Assembly (NCBI RefSeq): GCF_006345805.1 | Contig: NC_043005.1 | Coordinates: 62,124,001 to 62,188,000, forward strand | DNA: 64,000 nucleotides | Direction of reading: 5' to 3' | Source of the DNA: Octopus sinensis | Lineage: Eukaryota | Shown here: positions 24,572-37,620 of the stretch, one piece after another | Numbering within the stretch: position 1 is the first letter of the stretch | How the letters are laid out: each line of letters starts with the position of its first letter | The notes under the pieces: generated by a model | Told to the model about the DNA's origin: nothing | The model's input: only the letters and a program-made list of their open reading frames with translations | Databases searched by the model: none | Program-made: the position numbers and the translations under genes

Positions 24572-24787
24572 GGTGGTGAACTGGCAGAATCATTGGCATG
24601 CCAGGCAAAATGCTTAGCAGCGTTTCATGTCTTTAATGTTCTGAGTTCATATTCCGTCATGGTCAACTTTACCTTTAATCCTTTTTGAGAGTTGATAAAA
24701 TAAGTACCAGTTGAGCACTATGGTTGATGTAACCAACTTATCCCTGCTCCCGAAATTTCTGGCCTTGTGCCAAAATTTAAAACCAGT
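24572..24787 (+). mobile_element. SINE family B copy
   Basis: ggtggtgaactggcagaatc...aaatgcttagcagc...gttgataaaataagtaccagttg...ggccttgtgccaaaattt. Confidence 0.82.
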
Positions 24788-24982
24788 ATTAAAGAAATAT
24801 GTAAACATTAACAAGGTAACAAATAATGCAGCTCTTTACAATGAAATCCCTAGTGATATTTATTCTTCCCAGGTTACAGATACTTCCCTGAGACTCACTT
24901 TATCAGAAATGCAGTGAAGCTGTAACAATGCAATATCAAATAAATGTAAGTTATTAATTTATCTTAAAGTAGAAATAGTAAC

Positions 24983-25145
24983 AGCTTTTTCATCACACAT
25001 CCTGTGACCCCTTCGGTGACTCTTAATCCCATGTCTTCTCTTGCACTGTTTTGTTCATTTTGACAAAATGAAGTGAGCAGAACAAGAGGAGACACATGGG
25101 ATAAAGAGTCTCTGAAGGGGTCACAAGACATGTGATGAAAGAGCT
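24983..25145. repeat. 163-bp imperfect palindrome (fold-back, MITE-like)
   Basis: The left arm agctttttcatcacacatcctgtgaccccttc...ttcattttg pairs with caaaatgaa...gaaggggtcacaagacatgtgatgaaagagct around a 1-nt centre. Confidence 0.92.
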
Positions 25146-27531
25146 TTGATAAAGAAAAAATATAATAATGATAAAACTGAAGAAATAGAAAAAAACTATC
25201 TCTTAATTATGTAGACTAAAACAACTTAAGTAAAACTGTTTGTGTTTAGTAACAGAGTATCTTGGTTAAGGTCTGAACTTTTATTTCATCAATTTTTAAT
25301 CATTTATCAACATCTAATGTCTAAAATAAATATTACTGGAAAAAAATAATCAACTCAGAAATTTAGTTCACATTTGTAAACTTACCTGATGAGGAATATT
25401 CCTCAAGGAATCAGTTCATGTTTACATCAAGGCTGACAATCTTTAATTTAAACATTTCCAAAGTTTAAGAATAGACATGCAATTCATTTATTTATTTTTT
25501 CATTGAATTCTCTCATTTTTGACAACAGATAAAAACACGCATATCTAAACAAAAATAGCAAAACAGAGAAAATAATGTAAAAACAAAAAAATATCAACTA
25601 TACTAAACAATAACATGCAACTAAGTGAAAACATTTTAAATAAACATTCACAAGAAAACACAAACAAACAAACATAATAGGAAAAGCAAAACATTAATGA
25701 TATACTACCGAAGTCTTTAATATATACTTTCATTTAGGAAGTGCAGTGAGAAATTGTAAAGTAATACGTTCTTAAAAAAAATCATTTTATTTAATTTTTT
25801 TAATATCACCAATATCTATTGCCTTACAATACAAACATCAAAATATGTTATGTATTGTAATGTATAGTACAATACAAACATATTTTCTTCTGTAGTTTCT
25901 TTATATTGCCATGTGTAATGAAATGAATATTCCTTTTTAGTTTTTCTTTTTTTTTCTTTCTTCATACATACATAATTTAGTGTGTAAATTTCCCACAAGA
26001 AAGTATTCCATTATAGGGTGTAGAAAGAAATGAAACTTATTCAACCTATAATTCCGTGGCATTCCAAGAAAAAAAAAAAGTTCTAAGACTTATAAGGATT
26101 ACACACACACACACATCTATATATATATATATATATATATCATAAGGCTTTTGAAACAGTAAATTTATCACAACCCTCTCACTATATCAACAACTTTATG
26201 TCAGTTTATAGTTGTAATGTTGTATAAGGTTGGATGATCTGTGGAATCACATTTCTGTGAAATCTGTATCATTGTTCTCAATCAATCTGTGCTGCAGCTA
26301 CTTTATAAAGAGCTTTGTTTGCTATATCTCAACGCTACCACCACTAGTTACTCGATACTTGGCCAAAATACTGCCTTCCTTTCATCTCTCCTTTTCTTCA
26401 ACAGTTTCCTTTTTCTTCACTTTGTTGGCAATTATTTGATCCCTTAGAGAAAACACCGCTTTGATTTTAAATTCACATCTCTTTCATGTCTTTTATTTTA
26501 CTCTCTATGCCTCATTTTTTTTTTTAGCTGTGCTTTCTATTATTTTTCTTTTTCTTTAATGCTGTGGTGCATTATTATCCTATTCTAGCAACAGTGCTAA
26601 TCTTCTTACACTCTCTTATTCATTGCCCCAACTCAGGAAAATGTGTGGCTTTTTCAGCTGCAGAAAAGATGTATATCTAAATTCTTGGCTATCTGACAGC
26701 CCTCCCCAACCCCACCATGTCACTGCAAAAAAAATTAAAAAAACCCCAAAATCCATCTCTGTCAAGGGTAGAGAAGACAAGGGTAGATTGGCAAGACAAC
26801 TCCTCCTCCAGTATTTAGTGGATCTTCATTGGTTAATAATGCCTACTTTAAGACAGCCTCCTGGTCCTGTTTCAATAAGTAAATTAATGGCTGTAGATCC
26901 ACAATTGTTCACTCTGTGCTAATTAACCAGTTTAGTCACTCATTCTGAGGGAAATTCTATTTTGATGTACTGCTTCTCATTTATCTCTCTCATGATTAGT
27001 GTCACTAACTGCTAGAGTGTTCCCATAGAATGGTCTCTTTCACATCACTTCTTTCTTCCTCAGTCAATCAGTTCTGCCCAGGATGTCATCTTTGTGGGAT
27101 TTCACCCCAGCATATGTTTTTCTTGCAACTGTTACAAAGTCATGAGAAGTAATAACATCTTGGACACAATAAAAAGGCCTTGTCACAAGATAGTAAAATA
27201 AGTTCTGAAACTGTGGGAAATACTTTTGGTGCATAATTCCATACACAGTCTCCCTAGTTTGGAACTTGTACCCTTTCCCCCAAAACAAAGGATTTAAGAA
27301 TACCAATTTAAATACAATCTAATACATACACACACACACACTCATATGCATGCACACATGCTTATACGTACACACACAGAGACTGATAGATAGGTAGATA
27401 GATATGCTGGGTTTCTTTCAGTTTCTGTCTACAAAATCCATGTACAAGGCATTGGTAGGCCCAGGACTATAGTAGATGACACTTGCTCAAGGTGTCATGC
27501 AGTGGGATCAAACCCAGAACAATGTATATGC

Positions 27532-27566
<35 letters not shown>

Positions 27567-29351
27567 TGTGCATATATGTACGTGTGTGTGTGTATGTGTT
27601 TATATGTATGTATGTAGCAGGAATATTTGGTAGTCTAAAATCCTAAGGAATTGAAACTGCATTGCTAAGTTTCAGCTATTGGGATGTCAGTGGTCAACTG
27701 GCTAGTTTGATCTCTGGCAGAAATCTCTCTGTACCAACACAAATGCAATCCATTCAAATATCATTCATGTCATCAGAAAAACTGACCACTAAGACAACTA
27801 GTAAACAGGATCTTATCAGCAAGATACATTTTTTTGCATCACTTTTACTTGAACAGATATAACATATAGATAGAATTTTTACCAATAGCAGGTAGCAGAT
27901 TCTACTGTCATGCTGCTAGACACACCCACTTGCCTCTCTGTCTCATCAATGAAATGTTATTGCTGTGTAAAAACCTGTACTGTCACTCATAGCATAAAGT
28001 ATAAAGTTGTAAACAATAAAAAGAAATATTTTTGCTTTAAAATCTAAATGAAATTTGGATTCCTTCTATTGACATCGACTTAACCAAATCACATTAGTGA
28101 CACTCACGTAGAAATGATTTTATTGTTACATATGTATTTGTGTCTGTGGTGTGTGTCTGTGTGTGTGTGTGTGCATATGTAGAAAAAGACCATGATAAGC
28201 AGACAGGAGAGCTTGGAAATAGTCTTCCAATTTGTGGTTTCATGTCAAACTGCAACCCATGTCAGCATGGAAGGAAGATGTTAAATGATGATGATGAATA
28301 CATGCATATTTGTGTGCATATATATGCATATATATATATACACACACACATGTATATACACTCACACATCCATATATATATAGATACACACATACTTATC
28401 TATATATATGCATACATATACATGCATAAGGTTTTCCGATAATCTCCATCAACCAAATTTCGCTTACAATGTATTGGCTAATGTAATACTACAATTGAAA
28501 ACATTTACCCAAGATATCAGGCAGTGGAATTGAACTTAGAATCTCATGGTTGTAAAGCAAACTTCTCAAACCATGTAGCTTATTTTTCAGTTATTTGTTT
28601 TGTAAATCTACTTTATTTTAAAATTGTGCAGTTATTTAACTTGATCATTTAACATATTCTTCTAAAGCCATAACAAATGGACTGGCACCATCTATCATTG
28701 TCTATACAAGGTTCATTATTTTATTATTTAGTACTAACCATTCAGGTCAAGTTTGTCTTTCATCCTTTCGAGGCCAGTAGATAAGTATCAGTAGAGTACT
28801 GGTGTTGATGTAATTGACTAGCACCTCCATCCCACCATACATTCAGAAGTACAGGCCTTGTGCCGATAATTGAAAGGATTATTCAGCACTAATATTGAAG
28901 AGACTACCTGTACAGACTAATTATACCACACTTTGCTTACAGTCTAGCTATTGAGCAAAGTCAATTGTCTTCTCTGTTGACAATTTAAGATTTCAGATGG
29001 TCGTTTATCTAAATCGCAGTTGGCAGATACTGTTCAAACCATGATACTCCCTGCTAAATCAGTATCTCATAAATTACATGTTTGAAATTATGGGATCAAA
29101 TTGTGAAGCATCTAACATGTTTAAAGATTATATTCATATACATCATGACATTGGTATCAAAACTGAATATTTCTATAATCTACTATAATAATACTCTTGT
29201 GTTTTTCTCTATCACAACACATGAATGAGAAAGGAAGGGGTGATAGTAAAGTGGTAGTAGGATGATGGATATTCTATGGTGAAAACAAAATTCAAACAGC
29301 GTTTCAACTCTGTGAGTAAATGTGTGTATGTAAAAGGGAGGTATGTGAATA

Positions 29352-29369
<18 letters not shown>

Positions 29370-29395
<26 letters not shown>

Positions 29396-32300
29396 GTGGA
29401 AGTGGGATGGTGAACATTCAACACTGAAAAGAAAATTGAAACAGCGTTCCAACTCTGTGTATTCGGTATTTACTTGCTGTACAAGAAGGAAGGAAAACTT
29501 AAGTTGTACAAGAAGGAAAGAAAACTTTAAAATTCTTTTGAAGGGAACAAGCAGTTAAGGGATGTTAGTTGCAGATAGATTTTTCACAAAAAATTTGGTA
29601 ATAAAAGAATTATTAAACTAAAAACTTGGTTTTATACCTTATTTATATATAAAATACTACAATTAGACCTCATTTTTGATGGCATGGGGCCAGCTAATAA
29701 TAATAATAATAATCATATAGGTGCAGGCATGGCTGTGTGGTACAAAGTTTGCTTCTTGACCACATGGTTCCTTGTGAACAGTAACTGTTTTATTTAGTAT
29801 AATTTGAAGGGCTGTAACTAAATACTACAAAGCATTTCTATTGCTCCATTCATTCTAGTGATCCATCACTTTGAAGAATCTAGAATCTAGATATATTTCT
29901 AGACTCAAATTAAAATTCCACTTTACAGACAATACATGACTTGAAATTGACTTTGCCTTCCGTCCTTTCAGAGTTGATAAATTAAGTACCAGTTGAGTAC
30001 TAGGGTTGATGTAATTGACTTACCCTCTCCCTTGAAATTGCTGGCCTTGTGCCAAGATTCGAAACTAGTATCTGGGGTTTCTGGATGTAGGTCTAGTTAT
30101 CTACTCCAAATAAATTCCTCTTCAAAGCTCTGTTATATGGCACTTTACTACCATACAGCAACTGTTATCTATTTTTATGTTTAATTCAGTTCCTTGTTAT
30201 TTATCTTCTCCTCACAACAGCTCAGCTTACATCAAATCCCTTACTCTCTATGCCATCACATAATTTTAGCTATGCAATGGCATAGTTATAAAGACTCCCT
30301 TTGGTCATGATTGACCATAGGATTGCGCCTAGAAAGTTACCCTCCGATACACAAGTCTGGGAAAAGTTGTTTGTGGAAGACCAGAAGTCGCTCATGCATA
30401 CCAGTCGCCCTTCTCCATGCCACCAATGCTGGCCAAAGGAAAGACCATAGTTATAATTATATACTATTAACCCTTTACGATTCAGATTACCTTGTTGAAT
30501 GTTATATTCATTTATTCATATTGATTTGAATTTATTATGGCTTGCCTTGTAGTTTTGAGATTTTTATAATGACATTGTAGGGTAGGCATGAGAGTCCAGG
30601 TCTGGTTGGTTTTGAACATAAAACAGGTCGAATATTTGGGTCAGATGTGGTCAGTTTAAAATGCCGAAGGGCTAATGAGTTAGTTTATAGACTAAGCTTT
30701 TTTAGCAATACTGAAGATTATTTAAGAAGTTAATAATATGCAGAGTGATTACCAAAGCCCCTCCACCATTAAAAATATTTTTTTATTTCTTCACTACTGG
30801 TTCCAGCCAGTGCTGGGACACAGTAATGTTACAGACAATACATAACGAAAGTTTTCAAAATTTCAAAACATTATTTACTTGGATGTAAATTTATAAATGA
30901 AAACATAATTTTGCTAACAAACTATTTGTCCCTTCCAAGACAATTATATATATGTGTGTGTGTGTGTGTGTGTATGTGTAGTGGAAGTGGGATGGTGAAC
31001 ATTCAACACTGAAAAGAAAATTGAAACAGCGTTCCAACTCTGTGTATTCGGTATTTACTTGCTGTACAAGAAGGAAGGAAACTTAAGTTGTACAAGAAGG
31101 AAAGAAAACTTTAAAATTCTTTTGAAGGGAACAAGCAGTTAAGGGATGTTAGTTGCAGATAGATTTTTCACAAAAAATTTGGTAATAAAAGAATTATTAA
31201 ACTAAAAACTTGGTTTTATACCTTATTTATATATAAAATACTACAATTAGACCTCATTTTTGATGGCATGGGGCCAGCTAATAATAATAATAATAATCAT
31301 ATAGGTGCAGGCATGGCTGTGTGGTACAAAGTTTGCTTCTTGACCACATGGTTCCTTGTGAACAGTAACTGTTTTATTTAGTATAATTTGAAGGGCTGTA
31401 ACTAAATACTACAAAGCATTTCTATTGCTCCATTCATTCTAGTGATCCATCACTTTGAAGAATCTAGAATCTAGATATATTTCTAGACTCAAATTAAAAT
31501 TCCACTTTACAGACAATACATGACTTGAAATTGACTTTGCCTTCCGTCCTTTCAGAGTTGATAAATTAAGTACCAGTTGAGTACTAGGGTTGATGTAATT
31601 GACTTACCCTCTCCCTTGAAATTGCTGGCCTTGTGCCAAGATTCGAAACTAGTATCTGGGGTTTCTGGATGTAGGTCTAGTTATCTACTCCAAATAAATT
31701 CCTCTTCAAAGCTCTGTTATATGGCACTTTACTACCATACAGCAACTGTTATCTATTTTTATGTTTAATTCAGTTCCTTGTTATTTATCTTCTCCTCACA
31801 ACAGCTCAGCTTACATCAAATCCCTTACTCTCTATGCCATCACATAATTTTAGCTATGCAATGGCATAGTTATAAAGACTCCCTTTGGTCATGATTGACC
31901 ATAGGATTGCGCCTAGAAAGTTACCCTCCGATACACAAGTCTGGGAAAAGTTGTTTGTGGAAGACCAGAAGTCGCTCATGCATACCAGTCGCCCTTCTCC
32001 ATGCCACCAATGCTGGCCAAAGGAAAGACCATAGTTATAATTATATACTATTAACCCTTTACGATTCAGATTACCTTGTTGAATGTTATATTCATTTATT
32101 CATATTGATTTGAATTTATTATGGCTTGCCTTGTAGTTTTGAGATTTTTATAATGACATTGTAGGGTAGGCATGAGAGTCCAGGTCTGGTTGGTTTTGAA
32201 CATAAAACAGGTCGAATATTTGGGTCAGATGTGGTCAGTTTAAAATGCCGAAGGGCTAATGAGTTAGTTTATAGACTAAGCTTTTTTAGCAATACTGAAG

Positions 32301-32528
32301 ATTATTTAAGAAGTTAATAATATGCAGAGTGATTACCAAAGCCCCTCCACCATTAAAAATATTTTTTTATTTCTTCACTACTGGTTCCAGCCAGTGCTGG
32401 GACACAGTAATGTTACAGACAATACATAACGAAAGTTTTCAAAATTTCAAAACATTATTTACTTGGATGTAAATTTATAAATGAAAACATAATTTTGCTA
32501 ACAAACTATTTGTCCCTTCCAAGACAAT

Positions 32529-32558
<30 letters not shown>
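29370..32558. repeat. Tandem duplication, two copies, 1584-1585-bp period, junctions inside (TG)n
   Basis: Identical ORFs offset by 1584 (29993 vs 31577; 30311 vs 31895). One homopolymer difference seen: ggaaaactt vs ggaaactt. Confidence 0.95.
30471..30671 (+). mobile_element. piggyBac-type MITE (duplicated at 32055-32255)
   Basis: ttaa|ccctttacgatt ... aatgccgaaggg|ctaa, i.e. CCC/GGG ends with a TTAA-like target. Body shared with 36263-36482 and 44310-44509. Confidence 0.75.
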
Positions 32559-32559
<1 letters not shown>

Positions 32560-33374
32560 TTGTATGTATAAAGGAAATGAAAAAAGAATTAATGTGTTGG
32601 CATACTTGTGAAATTTAGAATGTATTTGGAATTTTGTTGACATAGAAAATTTAAATATAGTGAATAAAACAATTAGTGAAAAGAAACAGAATGTTTTCCT
32701 TTTTTAATCTACAAACATCATCTGAAAATGTTACATTCTAAAATTTCAAATAAAGATACAATTATAATGCATGACATGAATTTCATTACATTGTGTTATA
32801 TTTCTAAGACAACGGATGATTCTGTTGTTCTTAACATGAATAATGGTAATCAATTTCAATTGAATTATCATATCTCATTTAAAATTATTTCTAATAACAA
32901 ATCACGAAATATAATAAAAAAAAAACAAACAAAAAAAAATTTCGCCTTTTGCCAAAATAAAAGTTAAACTAATATCTATTATTTCTGTCGATAAAGTTGG
33001 TTTATGTATTTCGGAATAGACTTTCATTATAAAGCAGTTATTCTTTGTTGGATTTTTTCTTTTAGTGCAACCTTTATGACCATTTTAGATGCTGATGTTA
33101 AGCCCTAGGGCAACTTTATTGAGCAGTCATATGATCAAAGATATTCCAGCCATGACCATCGAGTCTCTTTCCCAAGATAGTAAGTGTCTATCTGTCTAAG
33201 TAAATGTGTGTGTGTGTGTGTTGTGCGTGTCTGGTTAAGAAGTTCATTTAGCAAGAACATGGTTTTGGGGTTCAGTCCCACTGTACACTACCTTGGGCAA
33301 ATGTCCTCTCCTATAACACCAGGCTAATCGATGCTTTGTGAGGATTTGGTAGACGGAGACTGTATGGAAGCCAG

Positions 33375-33411
<37 letters not shown>

Positions 33412-33861
33412 CCCTATATGTGTGTGTCTGTGTTTGAGTTTGTGTCAGTGCTGTCACTTGACAACCAGTGTTGGTTTGTTTGCATCCCTGTAACTTAGCT
33501 GTTCAGTAAAAGTTTCACTTACTGCATTGCGTATATGCTATAAATAAAACAAAATATAAGAGGTTGTTTATGAGATATTTAGTTCCATCATCTGACTAAA
33601 TGTCATATAACTGATCTCTCATATTTCATTTTATCATGCACACACATAAACACATAAAACACACACACACACACACATAAACACATAAAACACACACAAA
33701 CACACACACATAAAATATATATCATCATCATCATTTAATGTCTCTTTTTCCATATGCTGGCATGTGTTGGACAGTTTGATAGGAGCTGACAAGCTGCATT
33801 AGGCTTCAACTGTCTGTTTTGGCATATTTTTTTATGGCTGGATGCCCTTCTTAATGCCAGA

Positions 33862-34150
33862 CATGGCTGTGTGGTTAGAAGTTTGGTTCCCAACCACATG
33901 GTTTCAGGTTCAGTTCCACTGTGTGGTACCTTGGGTAAGTGTCTTTACTGTAGCTTCAGGCCAACCAAAGCCTCATGAGTGGATTTTGTAGATGGAAACT
34001 GAAAGAATCCTGTCATGATTATGTGTGTGTGTGTGTTTGTGTGTGCGTGCTTGTCTCCAACACCGCTTGACAACCAGTGTTGGTGTGTTTATGTCCCCTA
34101 ATTTAGTGATTTTGCAAAAGAGGCTGAATGAATAAGTGCTAGACTTAAAA
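33862..34150 (+). mobile_element. SINE family A copy directly adjoining a minus-strand RTE 3' end (33722-33860)
   Basis: catggctgtgtggttagaagtttg...ggttcagttcc...cttgacaaccagtgttggtgtgttt. The preceding sequence is (atc)n-ttaatgtc...ggatgcccttcttaatgcca. Confidence 0.8.
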
Positions 34151-34679
34151 CAAAAAACTGACTTCTGGAAGCACTGTGTTTATATATATGTTTATATATA
34201 TGCTTCTGGAAGCACTGTGATTATATATATATGCAAAAATGGGCACATTCCCTAATTTCCTCCAAACATCCCTACCCATCATCTCTCTCACTGCAGCTCA
34301 CTCATTCCTCCACTGGACCACTGAATTATCTCCCCTCGTGTACTACATCAATCTTTCTGCCCACTCCACTCCTGTGTCCTACCCAACCATAATATCTCTC
34401 TCTTGTCCTCCCACTTTCCATCACTATTACTATCCTCCTGTTCTCCCACACTCTGCTCTACATCACTATTCATGCATCATTGGTCATTCCTCACTCCCTA
34501 CATCCACCCCCAACCCTACTTAATCTTTATGGCTGTTGCCCATCTCTTGCTTTGCCCATACAATCTTGACCCTGCCTCTCAGTTACTTCTACTCACCAAA
34601 TACCTTGAGGAACCACCTGCTCCTGCTGCACCTTACTGATCATTTTCACTCATTCTTCTAATGTGAGTAACCAAGTTTA

Positions 34680-34883
34680 TATTGCTTTCAAGTTTTGGCA
34701 CAAGGCTAGCAATTTCTGGGGTCAAGGCTTGTTCAATTAGATCAACCCCAGTGCTCATCTGGTACTTATAAAAGGATGAAAGGCAAAGTTGACCTTGATG
34801 AAATTTGAACACAGAATGTAAAAGTGAACAAATGCCACTAAGCATTTTGCCCAGCATGCTAACAATTCTGCTAGCTCACTGCC
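34680..34883 (-). mobile_element. SINE family B copy
   Basis: Reverse complement begins aggcagtgagctagcagaattgttagcatgctgggcaaaatgcttag. Confidence 0.8.
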
Positions 34884-36085
34884 TCATTGTCTGAAATCTA
34901 TACTACATCAGCAATGACAAACAACAAGTCAAGTACTGGTGTTAATGTAAACTGACTGATAGTGACATAGATTAAGCTGAGAATTCTAAATGAACATTCC
35001 CAGTATTGCTTGCACATTAAGGGCAGATGAGGTTGTTAACATTGCTTCTCTGTGAGGAGCAATGGTCCTAGGTATTATTAACTTTAAAGGAAATAATGAT
35101 TGAATGATGTCATACTAGTCCTATAATTAACAGGTTACATGGTGCATCCATCGTCTTTCGTCAACAGAAGAAAAAGTTAACAATCTGTTGAAAATACAAA
35201 CAGTTATTAATATAAAATTTTATGTTAAACTGAAATATAATTAAATTCTTCTCTTCTAATTGTACTTCTAATTAGTTTTAAGCAGTGATAAAGATGAGAT
35301 ACAACTTAAAATTTCTTAATGGCTTTTACAGATTTTGATGAATACTTAAATATTTTGATGTTAGATAAAATATTTCTACTCTGGTTAAACAAAGTCTGCT
35401 GTTTATTTTAAAAAGGTTTTTTTTGTTTGTGAATATCACAAACATTGTTAATAAGTCAGACAAATTTTCTTTTATAATGATTTAAAAGAAAACCAACATT
35501 CACATATTTGAACAAATATCTTGACATATTTGGCTGTATGTTTACGAAAATAACTGATAAAATTCTTAATTTAAACAATAATAGACATTATAATCACCAA
35601 TTTGAGACATAAAAATAACATGTCTACATCTCTCTCTTTTGGCAGGTGTCTACGTTGTCAATTACACTAAAGATGCTTGTAATTTTATCTTCTAAAATTA
35701 AGTACTAGTTTCTTCTTGCTATTTTGAACGCTAATTTATCTCCAGACTCTCTAGAGATAACATTCTATAGTTAGAATATGAGAAAAAAAATTACTGTACA
35801 TAATTAGAGAAAAAGGAACAACAGGTACTTTTATAGAGGAGTTGACAATGCAATCCTCTAGCAAATAGTAAATAAATACATTGGTTGGAATCCTATCAAT
35901 TCACCTTTTGTAACTTAACTGTTACAAATTGATATTTAAAATGTTTGTTGTATCAGTTATGTTTCTAACTGAAGGACTTTAGATCAAAGATAATTTAAAG
36001 GTTATAAAATTTCAATGTTTTTACTACAGTAGGTGAAGATTTGTTTTTTTTTGTTGTGTAAGACACATGACAGGTAAATCATTAC

Positions 36086-36142
36086 CTGTGCAGCATGTCA
36101 GTCTATTGAGGAAAGTTATCCTTGAAGATTTAACTAGGTAAA
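36086..36142 (-). CDS. Candidate alternative cassette exon in the HOOK region: (V)YLVKSSRITFLNRLTCCT
   Basis: gttaattctacttacttcag|TTTACCTAGTT...TGCTGCACAG|gtaatg. 57 nt, phase 1 to phase 1 matching the host intron, no stop. No homology support. Confidence 0.3.
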
Positions 36143-36262
36143 CTGAAGTAAGTAGAATTAACAATCATATCCATAGACACAAAGACATATTAAGTTGTGC
36201 AATTTGAACTCAGACCATAACCTTTTGTTCAACACCTTAACCACTTGATCAGTTTGATTTAA

Positions 36263-36482
36263 CTGTTTAGCATTCAGCTTTCTTTGTCAAATGTATTGCT
36301 TATTTATTCACACTCTTTTGAATTAATCATGCATTATCTCATAGCTTCAAGGTTTAAATGATGTGTTTGTATATTTTTAGAATGACATTGTAGGGTAAGT
36401 GTGAAAAGTTGGATATGGTCAGTTTTAGCATAAGACAAGTAGAATATTTGGGCCAGATATTACTGGATTAAATGCTAAATGG
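36263..36482 (+). mobile_element. piggyBac-type MITE
   Basis: ttaa|ctgtttagcatt ... aatgctaaatgg|ttaa. Internal tttattca...aatgacattgtagggta shared with the 30471 copy. Confidence 0.75.
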
Positions 36483-37013
36483 TTAAATATTAATCAACAT
36501 AGCTTAATATTTCAGCTGCAAACCTGAATAATAAATTTCCAATTCAAACAAACAAAATTATGATTTCTCAAAGTGAAATAGTCAAATGTATGTATAGTAT
36601 GAAGTTCAACAACTAGTGAGCGTGTTTATTGTTGTAGTAGGACAGTACACATAATTTACGTAGACTTTGAGGATAAATACCAAATCATCTGGGAATATTA
36701 TCTGTGATAGATTAGTCATAAATTCAGGAATATTTAATGCCACAAAACTCAGAGCTGCAAAGTTTTAGTGATGATATTCATATTATAATTTCTCACAATA
36801 ACACTTCAAATGATATTAAGGAAATAAACTGATTCCTTTGATATTCTGTATAATTTGACAACATTGATAGAGAATAATCAAATGTGGAGAGAGAGAGAGA
36901 GAGAGAGAGAGGTGGGAATGGAAACAGACTTAATACTCATAAACATGCATTTGTCTTTTAGAATCCATTGAAACAAACATTTAAAATTATTTATCACATA
37001 AATTGATTTTTAC

Positions 37014-37100
37014 CTTGGTTCTGTGTTACATGATACATAGTCTTTTTTAGTTTCTTTGACTTAGGTATTCTGGGACTAATTCTACAGGGGCTAAGGTGAC
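37014..37100 (-). CDS. MPP7: Coding exon of MAGUK gene, basic HOOK region: HLSPCRISPRIPKSKKLKKTMYHVTQNQ
   Basis: ttttctcttgttccag|GTCACCTTAGC...AACCAAG|gtaaaa. 87 nt, phase 1 to phase 1, open frame. The lysine-rich KKLKKTMY resembles the p55-family HOOK segment preceding TYEEV. Confidence 0.85.
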
Positions 37101-37620
37101 CTGGAACAAGAGAAAATTATAAACATTCACAATTAAGAATACAGATTTCTTTACATGGTTGCAAGACAGCAAATTTCAAGAGGATTTTGATATTAATGCA
37201 CTTCATGAATAGGGTTAAAACTATATTGAAATTGTTAGTTTTTGGGTAGACTTTCAGTCAGCTTCAACTATGCAGGCCTATGATCAAAGGCATTCAAACT
37301 GTGACTATACCACTTTTTATGCAGGCACAATATATCTAAAGACTATTAAGATGATAGGAGAGAGAGAGATTTGGCTGCTATTTCTACCCTGATGATCAGC
37401 CTTCTGCTGGCTTGTAAAGGTTTGACTTATGAGTGGAATTAATACAAATAAAGACTGACACAATAAAATATTGTATTTGTTAACATATTTTTTTCACTTA
37501 TAAAACAAGTATTGTTGAGTCACATTTGAAGTTGAAAGGTAAAAGTTGCAGTTTGATAGAGATGGGAAAATTTCTGATTAAAACAGATTCATATCAGGAA
37601 TTTGAGGATAATGATGATGA

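Noticed and set aside
25386-25432. Possible exon with strong donor CAG|gtaag and palindrome tgaggaatattcctca overlapping a CTGATGA motif
   Set aside because: 47 nt, stop codon in the host phase and weak acceptor. No GAAA follows the stem, so it is not a hammerhead either.
26200-27310. Possible very old LINE coding remnant (also about 19550-19900 and 7500-7950)
   Set aside because: Only faint motifs; too decayed to bound or classify by eye.
34161-34233. ~41-bp direct repeat cttctggaagcactgtg + (TA)n
   Set aside because: Ordinary local slippage duplication at a SINE tail.
35139-35184. Exon-like segment after a strong acceptor (tttgtattttcaacag)
   Set aside because: Immediate stop in phase 1, weak donor, length not a multiple of 3.
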